Assembly: GCA_963667015.2 (NCBI GenBank) | Contig: CAXXJJ010000004.1 | Span: 2,464,001 to 2,528,000, forward strand | Reading direction: 5' to 3' | Length of the DNA stretch: 64,000 nt | Source of the DNA: Desulfatiglandales bacterium | GTDB lineage: Bacteria > Desulfobacterota > DSM-4660 > Desulfatiglandales > HGW-15 | In this document: positions 9,925 through 17,740 of the stretch, piece by piece | Position numbering within the stretch: position 1 is the stretch's first letter | Layout of the letters: every line of letters starts with the position of its first letter | Translations under genes and position numbers: made by a program | The notes under the pieces: model-generated | What the model was told of the DNA's origin: nothing | The model's input: only the letters and a program-made list of their open reading frames with translations | The model's database searches: none

Positions 9925-12645
9925 ATGGATATTACAAAGTGGAATGTGGCAATATTAAATGCTGAAAAATCTCAAGAAACAGAAATTCTTTATCATACCA
10001 TTCACGACTCTTTTTCAATATTACCTTTTAAAAATACAGAATTAATAGAATCAATTGATGCTTTTGAGAAAGCCTTAAAAGGTGATGAAAATATTTTATT
10101 CATCATTACATCAATTTCAGAACAACCTAATAAGCATTTACTGGAACAACTACTTATATCATCATACTGTGAGAATTCTATCAGTACTTTTTGGGAAAAG
10201 CATAAATTTTTCTTAATTCCTTTAACAGAAACAAATGTCTACTTCAATAGTGTTGGCAAAATATTAGTAGATTTGAAAATAGGAAAGGTTGATTCATTAA
10301 CGGATATATTTAAAAAATTTGAGTTGTTATTTAAAAATGATGAAGCAGGCCATAAAAGTATACCTTCATACAAATTACGAAATGCTATTGAGAAAAGCTG
10401 CTTTCCCTCTGGAGCTGAAGAAATTCTTGAAGTATTAAACCGGAATAAAGACGTAACTCACGAAGTTTTTAATATTTTAAATAAACATGTTACACAGCCA
10501 AAAAGGAACTCTCATGAGAGTAGTACATTTCCGGCTATTAGATTGTTAATTGGCGCTTATGCTGCTGGTGATATTTCAGGTGAGACTCTTAAAGATGGCA
10601 TAGAAAAGATTGATGCAAAATTTAAGGGCGCAGAATTAGCGAATGTTCTTAGTGAGTGGATAGCCGAAACAGGCCAGAAGATCAAGGACTTCAATCCTAT
10701 GCCTGATTATCTATCGCCCCTTTCAGAATACCTTGTCGGTAGAAAGATATTACTCATTGAGGATAAATTGGATGATGAATATTGGGATATTGTACTTCCA
10801 CGACTTTTTTATCCCAAAAACTATAATGGTCCCTATAGCCAAATACAGAAGGACGAAAAAGACCAACCATTTGGAGAAATCTATTTAACACATAAGAAAT
10901 CAGCTAGAGGGTTAATAGATGAAGATATATCGAAATATGATTTGATTTTATTGGACCTTTATTCAAGCGAAAGCAATTTTTCAACCCATGGAAACATTTA
11001 CTCAACAATCCCTGCAAGTATAACTGATTTCATCGAAAAAATAGCGAAATATTATGATGACGATGATTCCGTAAAAAAGGCATTACCTAATATAATTATC
11101 TTTTCTGCTGACAGTTCGGGTGTTACTACTCACGCCTTATTGAAGGACCTAAAAGTAACAGAATATTTTTTTAAATTGTCTGATAGTGATTCGCACAAAG
11201 GTGAATATTATTCGACATTCAGAAATGCAATTATTAATTCCCTGAAGGAAAAAGTATTAAGAGTTACTGGTTTAAATGGAATAGACAATACTAGACGATT
11301 TAATAGGTGGGTCTCTCAGTTTCATCAAAAAGATAGGCCTTATATTCTTAGGTTAATGAAATATTATCGATATTATAGTGCAATGAGTATAGTAAGAAAT
11401 TTTGATCGCTATATGAAGCTCAATTTTGATTTATCAACTATGGACGAATCATCAGGCACGATAAAATATAAAGATATTGAAATGCCTCTTGATCGGGCAA
11501 TATTCTCATATTTAGGACGTCCAAATAAATCAGGACCAGCCACACTAAGTCTCTTCTCAAAAAGTGATTGGGCAAAGAAATGCTCACATTTTGGTAAAAT
11601 ATTCTTTTCTAATAAAAATGGGGATGATGGTCCAAGATACTTACCTTTTCGACCATACGATGATCTAATATTATTTTTAGCAAAAGAGCTTAATGGTAAC
11701 CTCAATGAAAATCTGAACATTTTCATTTTTGATGACATGGTTCTTTCAGGTGGGCAAATTAAATCATACCTCTGGAAGTTAATAAATAAGGATCTTCGTA
11801 AGAAATATAATGATAACGGCGGTGATCCAAATAAGTGGATAGAATTATGTAAAAATCACTTAAGTACAAGTAAAGTAGAATCTACCAAGTGCAGAATTGT
11901 ATTTCATGCAATATGCGCTATAGGATTAGTTCGACCAAATGATGATAATTTGGCTGAAAGATACAAAGGAATAAATTATCTCCAAGATGATTTGAATGCT
12001 GAGAGTATAAGAATCGCTTTCCCTGATGATTATGTTTGGGAGAATATTAATCCCTGGAATAGCTTTCTTGAAAAAGGCCTCTATAATAAACCTGTCCATT
12101 TTTCAGGTGTGTTAAAAATAAAAATTTGTGAAGACGAAAAACATAATGATCCGGAAGAATCAATTGAAAATCCGTGTAATTGTTCACACTATTTAGATGT
12201 TTATATCCATTTCGCTGATTACGTACCAAACGTTGGCATCCTATGTGAGCAGGAAGGCATTAATTACGAAGAGCTTAGAGCTATTTTGGCCAGCTATGCA
12301 TATGTAACCAGTCCGAGATCGGGGGAGTATCCCTGTGATTTTGAACCATTTGGCTGGAAAGAAGGCGGAGGATTATTCTCGACATATGCCAACTGCCCGG
12401 CGAACACGCTGCCGTTAATCTGGGGAAACCGCAAAAAGAATCTAGACCCGCCAGATTTTAAAAAGAGCAACTTGGAACAATGGAAAGCTCTTTTCCCTCG
12501 TTTTTTTAATCCTATGGCCCAGGGGAAAGAAAGGGAACAAACAGAGTTACCTTGTTACAAAACAAAAAAATGTTACCTACACCCAAATGTTGAAGTAAAC
12601 TTTATTAACGGCCCCCCTCCTTGTAAATTGAATGCTATTGAATGA
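9925..12645 (+). CDS. Receiver-like domain fused to a PRTase-like (PRTase-CE-type) domain
   Basis: Receiver motifs KILLIED, YDLILLDLY, IIIFSAD. PRTase-like motifs WVSQF, NKSG, PRPP-loop IFIFDDMVLSGGQ, and C-terminal NCPANTLPLIW...WKALFPR. Confidence 0.65.
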   Translation: MDITKWNVAILNAEKSQETEILYHTIHDSFSILPFKNTELIESIDAFEKALKGDENILFIITSISEQPNKHLLEQLLISSYCENSISTFWEKHKFFLIPLTETNVYFNSVGKILVDLKIGKVDSLTDIFKKFELLFKNDEAGHKSIPSYKLRNAIEKSCFPSGAEEILEVLNRNKDVTHEVFNILNKHVTQPKRNSHESSTFPAIRLLIGAYAAGDISGETLKDGIEKIDAKFKGAELANVLSEWIAETGQKIKDFNPMPDYLSPLSEYLVGRKILLIEDKLDDEYWDIVLPRLFYPKNYNGPYSQIQKDEKDQPFGEIYLTHKKSARGLIDEDISKYDLILLDLYSSESNFSTHGNIYSTIPASITDFIEKIAKYYDDDDSVKKALPNIIIFSADSSGVTTHALLKDLKVTEYFFKLSDSDSHKGEYYSTFRNAIINSLKEKVLRVTGLNGIDNTRRFNRWVSQFHQKDRPYILRLMKYYRYYSAMSIVRNFDRYMKLNFDLSTMDESSGTIKYKDIEMPLDRAIFSYLGRPNKSGPATLSLFSKSDWAKKCSHFGKIFFSNKNGDDGPRYLPFRPYDDLILFLAKELNGNLNENLNIFIFDDMVLSGGQIKSYLWKLINKDLRKKYNDNGGDPNKWIELCKNHLSTSKVESTKCRIVFHAICAIGLVRPNDDNLAERYKGINYLQDDLNAESIRIAFPDDYVWENINPWNSFLEKGLYNKPVHFSGVLKIKICEDEKHNDPEESIENPCNCSHYLDVYIHFADYVPNVGILCEQEGINYEELRAILASYAYVTSPRSGEYPCDFEPFGWKEGGGLFSTYANCPANTLPLIWGNRKKNLDPPDFKKSNLEQWKALFPRFFNPMAQGKEREQTELPCYKTKKCYLHPNVEVNFINGPPPCKLNAIE

Positions 12646-12770
12646 TATAATTTACCATGGTTGTGTCTGTCGACAAATCATCATTTTTTCATAAAGTATA
12701 AAACTTATACATTCCCTATTTAAGATCTAATTATTAGAACCCTCTAATGATTGGATTTTAATCAACAATG

Positions 12771-12786
12771 GTATCAATTTTGATAC
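12771..12786. promoter_or_regulatory. Palindrome GTATCA-N4-TGATAC, candidate activator-binding site
   Basis: gtatcaattttgatac, about 170 bp upstream of the sigma54-type promoter. Confidence 0.35.
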
Positions 12787-12957
12787 TTTAAATTGCAAAT
12801 TAATTACTAAAAAAACAAATGTAGTTATCCCTAAAGAAATTTAAAAACTTATTTATAGGGCTTAAAACATGATGGGATTCTTGATTGATATACGTCCAGT
12901 CTAGAAAAGTAGAAATTCTAATCTCTCATAAAAATATAAAATGGGAAAATTATATTT

Positions 12958-12973
12958 TGGCATGTTGTTTGCT
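12958..12973 (+). promoter_or_regulatory. Sigma54 (-24/-12) promoter
   Basis: TGGCATGTTGTTTGCT matches TGGCACG-N4-TTGCW with exact GG-N10-GC spacing. It is intergenic and upstream of the repeat-peptide operon. Confidence 0.7.
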
Positions 12974-13112
12974 TTTATAGATAAACAATACATCAGATTG
13001 CGAAATAAAATTATGGAAGTATAAAGCATGACATCTGATAAGCTGTAAAAGCGGTTTATTAAAATATGGGGTTCTGTTTTTAGCTCGGCCAAGCTGGAAC
13101 AGACGCAAGAAG

Positions 13113-13153
13113 TAAAAAGGCGCTATGGAGCCATAGATCCAGGCGCCTTTTTA
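13113..13153. terminator. Terminator-like inverted repeat in the leader
   Basis: TAAAAAGGCGC ... GCGCCTTTTTA (11-bp perfect arms) with an internal CTATGG/CCATAG stem. Confidence 0.55.
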
Positions 13154-13227
13154 TTTGCCCCATAATCCCCAAGCAAATTTAGAATTAGAAAAGGTGTGAA
13201 TCGTTTGAGTTTTTATGAACAAGGATT

Positions 13228-13266
13228 TTTATGGAATCAGTTATATCTCGGCACTGATTCCGTAAA
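13228..13266. promoter_or_regulatory. Stem-loop just upstream of the precursor RBS
   Basis: TTTATGGAATCAGT-N11-ACTGATTCCGTAAA (14 bp, one G-U pair). Confidence 0.5.
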
Positions 13267-13308
13267 TAAAGAGAGTCTGAGACTAACCTTAAAAAGGAGG
13301 ATTTTAAA

Positions 13309-13563
13309 ATGATACGACTGAACAACAACCCATCTCAAATTAATGATTCAGTTATGGACTACATTCCCATTGGTACTTTTTATGGGAAGGATGAGATTCC
13401 ACCAGGCACCTTCCACGGTGGAGATGAAATCCCTCCTGGAACTTTCCATGGTGGCGATGAGATACCACCCGGGACTTTTCACGGGGGAGATGAGATTCCT
13501 CCCGGAACCTTCCATGGAGGAGACGAAATCCCTCCTGGAACATTCCATGGATTGATTTATTAA
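13309..13563 (+). CDS. Tandem-repeat peptide precursor (leader + DYIPIGTFYGK + 4x DEIPPGTFHGG + DEIPPGTFHG + LIY)
   Basis: AAGGAGG RBS at 13294-13300. The repeat units are identical in protein but differ at third codon positions. Confidence 0.9.
   Translation: MIRLNNNPSQINDSVMDYIPIGTFYGKDEIPPGTFHGGDEIPPGTFHGGDEIPPGTFHGGDEIPPGTFHGGDEIPPGTFHGLIY
13357..13551 (+). repeat. 33-bp coding tandem repeat, about six units (first unit degenerate)
   Basis: Units start at 13357, 13390, 13423, 13456, 13489 and 13522. Confidence 0.95.
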
Positions 13564-13573
13564 TGTAGCGAGC

Positions 13574-13608
13574 GATCGGTTGGTAGATTTTTATTTTGCC
13601 AACCGATC
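13574..13608 (+). promoter_or_regulatory. Intercistronic stem-loop after the precursor gene
   Basis: GATCGGTTGG ... CCAACCGATC, 10-bp perfect arms, no U-tract. Confidence 0.6.
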
Positions 13609-13632
13609 AGCAATACCGGAAAGGAGACTTCA

Positions 13633-13881
13633 ATGGACCCCATAACATTAGGTATTTTAGGGCTTGGCGCTTATTTACTTTTTAAGCCAAATACTGTTTC
13701 AACACGTTTCAGATACCGTAAAAGGAATGGCTCATGGCGGGCATATTTTAATGGTAATCCACCAACTAAAAGTCATGTGCTTCATGATAGTGATGGCTAC
13801 TACGTCTGCTGGGATAGGCCCCTGAGGAATGAACAGGAAGCGAAGCAGATAGCTAAAGAATGGATGAATATTTATGGATGA
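13633..13881 (+). CDS. Small putative E2-like protein with an N-terminal hydrophobic anchor
   Basis: AAGGAG RBS; ITLGILGLGAYLLF hydrophobic stretch; H-x10-C motif (HVLHDSDGYYVCW); paralog of the next gene. Confidence 0.6.
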   Translation: MDPITLGILGLGAYLLFKPNTVSTRFRYRKRNGSWRAYFNGNPPTKSHVLHDSDGYYVCWDRPLRNEQEAKQIAKEWMNIYG

Positions 13882-13895
13882 AAATAAGGAGATAA

Positions 13896-14183
13896 ATGAT
13901 CATGCGTAAACATAAAAATTATTACAGAACAGAAGATGGTTCGTCTGATTATGGTTTTAGTTTTGAGGAACAATCTAATGGCACTTGGAAAGCATATATT
14001 GAACGACAACCCTCTTATCATGGACGTCCTAATGATGCGGATAGTACTCACCGCTTGTCAGATGGGAGTCGTAAATATGTATGCTGGACTAAACCTCTTC
14101 GTTCGCTTGAAGAGGCTAAACAGGTAGCGGCAAAATGGGCAGATAAAACTCAAGAATACATTCGAACTGGTCACAGATTTTAA
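13896..14183 (+). CDS. Small putative E2-like protein
   Basis: AAGGAG RBS; HRLSDGSRKYVCW (H-x10-C) contains its only Cys. Confidence 0.6.
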   Translation: MIMRKHKNYYRTEDGSSDYGFSFEEQSNGTWKAYIERQPSYHGRPNDADSTHRLSDGSRKYVCWTKPLRSLEEAKQVAAKWADKTQEYIRTGHRF

Positions 14184-14195
14184 GGAGGAGATGAT

Positions 14196-15917
14196 ATGCC
14201 TTATAAAGATAATGAATACTCTAAAAAAGATCATAATACTCCCGTGCTTCATATGAATTGGGAGGTTTTAAAAGACATTATAAATACAATAGGTGCTTTA
14301 CCAGCTGAATCAGGAGGTGCAATTGGTGGTTATAACGATGGTAACAAAATGACACATTACCATTTTGACGAAAATAGCCGCAACTCTTCGGTCACATACT
14401 CTCCGGACTATAAAACTTTAAACCGGTTATTTAAATATGATTGGAACCCTAATGGTATTCGCTTTCAAGGTTTTGTACATAGCCATCCCGGGCGTATGAA
14501 CCGCCCTTCATTTGGTGATGAAATATATGCCGAACGCATTCTTAAGGCTATAGATGACCTTGACAGTCTCTGGCTACCTATTATCAATACAACCCCTGAT
14601 ACAGGTGTTTTCAGGTTGACTCCATGGATCGCCTATCCAAAGGCAAAAGGTGTATCTGTTGTAAAAGGAAAGGTCAAGATCCTGCAGGGTTCACATGAAT
14701 TGGCCTTATCGAGCTGTGATAATAATGCATATAAATCGTTGCAGATGGATGTGCCTCTTGAAGAGATAATAATAGGGGATAATAAAACAAGTCGTTCCAA
14801 TACCAAGCTGACAACTGTTAATAATGTGGTTTCAAAAAATATAAGTTATAAGGCCTCTCTAAATGAAACTAGAAAAGAAGGATATAACTACATAAAGGAA
14901 TCTGCTAGATCATTCAATGTTCAGAATACATTCGATCGTGTCCAGAGTGTATATGACTTGGAGCTGATGCAAAAAATCCGGCTAATAGCAGTTGGTGCCG
15001 GAGGTGCTGCTGACTGGTTGGAAGCGATGGCTCGTTCCGGTGTGGGGCAATTTGTAATGATTGATCCTGACATTGTTTCCGAAACCAATTTAGCAACTCA
15101 ACAGACATATCGCAAGGATATAGGCAGGCCCAAGGTGGACTGCATAGCCGAGCGTATTAGAGATATTAATCCTACAACTCGTACCATCGCTATTCAGAAA
15201 AGCCTTGATGAGATTACTGATGAAGAAATGAAGGAATTTGCAGATAAACCTATTGATGGATGTGAAGTAGAAAAAACCATTATTTGTGGATTAACTGACA
15301 ATTTCTATGCTCAGGCCCGTGTGAACAGACTTGCGTTACATTTAGGTATTCCGAGTTTGTGTGCTCAAGTTTACAAGGAAGGTCGCGGTGCAGAGATTAC
15401 TTTCACTCATCCAGGAGTAACCCCTGCATGTCATCGTTGTATTTTGAGTTCCCGTTATAAATATTTTATGGAACAGAACCGGGAAAACGATGTTACGTCT
15501 CATGGTACGCCTATCTTTGCAACAACACGACTCAATGCAATCAAGGGTTTTCTGACTTTGGCCCTGATCCATCATGGCACAGATCATCCACGATGGGGCA
15601 GCATGCTTTCCAGGATCGGAAATCGTAACCTTATTCAAATCCGAATGGACCCGGATTTTTCAGAAACATTGGGTATGAAGACATTTAATCGAGTACTGAA
15701 TGGTGCAGATAAGGAAAGACTTTTTTTCGACGAAGTAGTCTGGCTTCCTCAAGAGCAGGAATGTCCTGAAACAGGATATGCATATTGTCCTGACTGCGGT
15801 GGAACTGGTGATCTTCACGACGCAATCGGAAAATTCAATGATACAAGGCTATCTTCAAACAAAGTTGATGAAAATAATACGGAGAATATTGAAAGACGGA
15901 TAGAAATTTTTGCCTAA
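14196..15917 (+). CDS. JAB/MPN+ metallopeptidase fused to a ThiF/MoeB/E1-family adenylyltransferase
   Basis: JAMM motif E...HSHPGRMNRPSFGD (H-x-H-x7-S-x2-D). ThiF motifs VGAGG, IDPDIVSETNL, GRPKV, LTDN; Zn pairs CHRC and CPDC. Confidence 0.9.
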   Translation: MPYKDNEYSKKDHNTPVLHMNWEVLKDIINTIGALPAESGGAIGGYNDGNKMTHYHFDENSRNSSVTYSPDYKTLNRLFKYDWNPNGIRFQGFVHSHPGRMNRPSFGDEIYAERILKAIDDLDSLWLPIINTTPDTGVFRLTPWIAYPKAKGVSVVKGKVKILQGSHELALSSCDNNAYKSLQMDVPLEEIIIGDNKTSRSNTKLTTVNNVVSKNISYKASLNETRKEGYNYIKESARSFNVQNTFDRVQSVYDLELMQKIRLIAVGAGGAADWLEAMARSGVGQFVMIDPDIVSETNLATQQTYRKDIGRPKVDCIAERIRDINPTTRTIAIQKSLDEITDEEMKEFADKPIDGCEVEKTIICGLTDNFYAQARVNRLALHLGIPSLCAQVYKEGRGAEITFTHPGVTPACHRCILSSRYKYFMEQNRENDVTSHGTPIFATTRLNAIKGFLTLALIHHGTDHPRWGSMLSRIGNRNLIQIRMDPDFSETLGMKTFNRVLNGADKERLFFDEVVWLPQEQECPETGYAYCPDCGGTGDLHDAIGKFNDTRLSSNKVDENNTENIERRIEIFA

Positions 15918-15941
15918 ATTTAAATAGAGAGGTGGCGTAAA

Positions 15942-17330
15942 ATGAGACAATTTTTTATGAATAATGATGTTGCTTTCAATGATCTGGAAGAACGCGCAAG
16001 ACATGCATGCATTCGTTTTCGTGATCAAGAAATGCCTTCAGGGTGTAATCCAAATCGTGGAGATGTCGGATTTGAGGTGTCGGGTAATCCCCCAACCGCC
16101 AAATTTTTAGTAGGAAAGGGAATACAATATCAGGGGCCAGATCCATCTCTTTGCGATCTGTTCCGAACAGGTGAGAAACAGTTCATGGATTTTACATCTC
16201 TGAAAGCGTGGCTCCAAGGGCCTTTACGTGAAGTATTCGATACGCAATCAAACACTGGATCTACGCCTGAAACACACCCTTCTGAAGCCGGAGGCACATC
16301 TAATCTTACAGATATCTCAACTGTGCATGAGAGTATTCGTGATATTAATAAACCTCTCTATCTTGATGAAACAGTGCTTCTAAATAAGCTTCAACAAAAA
16401 GTGCTTGGGCAGGAAGATGCCTTGAAAGGATTAGCTGCAGTAATGGTTCGCCATATCGCTCGGCTTCGGCCGGCGCGTCCAGCTGTTGTTTTTGAAGTCG
16501 GGCCTTCCGGTGTTGGGAAGACTCGCACTGCCGAGGAAATGCCACAAATTATTAAAGAATTTAATGATGATGATAATGGTTATCAGTTTTTGAGATTAGA
16601 TATGAACGAGTACCAGGAAGCACATCGTGTAAGTCAATTGATTGGCGCACCACAGGGATATGTTGGGCATGGTGAAGGTAGTCAATTAGCAGATGTATTA
16701 AGGGCGAATCCGCGTACCATTGTCCTTTTTGATGAGATTGAGAAAGCTCATCCAGCAATACTTCGAGTTTTGATGAATGCTATGGATGCAGGACGATTAT
16801 CAGCTGCAACAAGTTCATCCGCTGGACGGGAGATAGACTGTCGGCATGCTGTTTTTATTTTTACAAGCAATTTGGACGCAAAAGCTATTCTTGATGAATT
16901 AGACTCTCGTTCAGCTTTTGGAAACCGTTCTGTTGAGGATGAGGTTTGTCGTCGTCGCTTACATGCCGGTGGTATAGCCCCGGAAATCGTTGGAAGAATT
17001 GGTCGGTTTCTTGTTTTTCGGCCTCTAAGCCCGGAAACTAGAGCTGAAATAATGGCACTCTCAATTTCTGAAGTTGCAGAAGAATATGGATTGAAAGTTA
17101 CCTATGTAGAACCAGGCGTGATTATTGAATTAATGAAAAAAGCCAAATCTCAAAATTTTGGTGTGAGACCGGAACGTTTCCTTATTGATGATCAACTGGG
17201 AAGTGCTTTTACAAGTGCTGCAAAACAAGGTTTTACTAATCCTGTTATTGTCTGCGGTCCGCCTTTTGAATGTCGCTTGGAAGAGCCAAGTGAAGACCGG
17301 GCGGATGATACTGTTGATGATTTGGAATAA
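15942..17330 (+). CDS. Single-module ClpA/ClpB-D2-type AAA+ ATPase with an unknown N-terminal domain
   Basis: VLGQEDAL, Walker A GPSGVGKT, RLDMNEYQE...LIGAPQGYVG pore loop, Walker B VLFDEIEKAHP, IFTSN, PEIVGRI. Confidence 0.9.
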   Translation: MRQFFMNNDVAFNDLEERARHACIRFRDQEMPSGCNPNRGDVGFEVSGNPPTAKFLVGKGIQYQGPDPSLCDLFRTGEKQFMDFTSLKAWLQGPLREVFDTQSNTGSTPETHPSEAGGTSNLTDISTVHESIRDINKPLYLDETVLLNKLQQKVLGQEDALKGLAAVMVRHIARLRPARPAVVFEVGPSGVGKTRTAEEMPQIIKEFNDDDNGYQFLRLDMNEYQEAHRVSQLIGAPQGYVGHGEGSQLADVLRANPRTIVLFDEIEKAHPAILRVLMNAMDAGRLSAATSSSAGREIDCRHAVFIFTSNLDAKAILDELDSRSAFGNRSVEDEVCRRRLHAGGIAPEIVGRIGRFLVFRPLSPETRAEIMALSISEVAEEYGLKVTYVEPGVIIELMKKAKSQNFGVRPERFLIDDQLGSAFTSAAKQGFTNPVIVCGPPFECRLEEPSEDRADDTVDDLE

Positions 17331-17353
17331 CTAATTATACAGAAAGAGAGGGC

Positions 17354-17740
17354 ATGATTATGGGTGGCCTTAAAACATTTGTAAAAAGTGTATTGTGGGT
17401 TGAATTGTCAGCTATTGTCGGTCTTCACATTTCGGGAGCGATACTTACATGGGTAGAAAATAATTATCGATGTAGAGAGACGTTTTTTACATACCGTATA
17501 CAGCACCTGGATTATTTACCTGCATGGTTTGCTTGTACATTGGTCCTTATGATAATTAACGGATTTTGGATGTTTCGTCTGGCAAATATTGAAGGGATGT
17601 TTTATACACCTCGCAGTAACGGTTGGGGGCAGTGGGGGGCTCAGCTCCCCATTAATCCTTTGCGGTTATTCGCTATAAATCTGATTGCTATCCCTCTTGC
17701 CTTAGTTTTATTTTTGGTTACACGTGCTAATTACTGGTAA
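17354..17740 (+). CDS. Small membrane protein (about 3 TM segments), last gene of the operon
   Basis: Three hydrophobic stretches; begins 23 bp after the ATPase stop. Confidence 0.65.
   Translation: MIMGGLKTFVKSVLWVELSAIVGLHISGAILTWVENNYRCRETFFTYRIQHLDYLPAWFACTLVLMIINGFWMFRLANIEGMFYTPRSNGWGQWGAQLPINPLRLFAINLIAIPLALVLFLVTRANYW

Noticed and set aside
12901..13092. 63-aa minus-strand ORF
   Set aside because: No RBS or motif; it overlaps the sigma54 promoter and leader in AT-rich DNA.
13357..13551. 33-bp repeat as a CRISPR array
   Set aside because: Units are contiguous with no spacers, vary at codon third positions, and no cas genes are present.
13343..13555. Alternative-frame ORFs over the repeat (13343+, 13348-, 13352-)
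   Set aside because: Only the 13309 frame has a strong RBS and keeps the amino-acid repeat invariant; the others are shadows.
13309..17740. Assignment to CBASS, Bil or ThiS/MoaD sulfur-transfer systems
   Set aside because: No CD-NTase, beta-grasp Ubl, rhodanese or cofactor-biosynthesis gene is recognisable; the precursor is too repetitive to be a beta-grasp fold.
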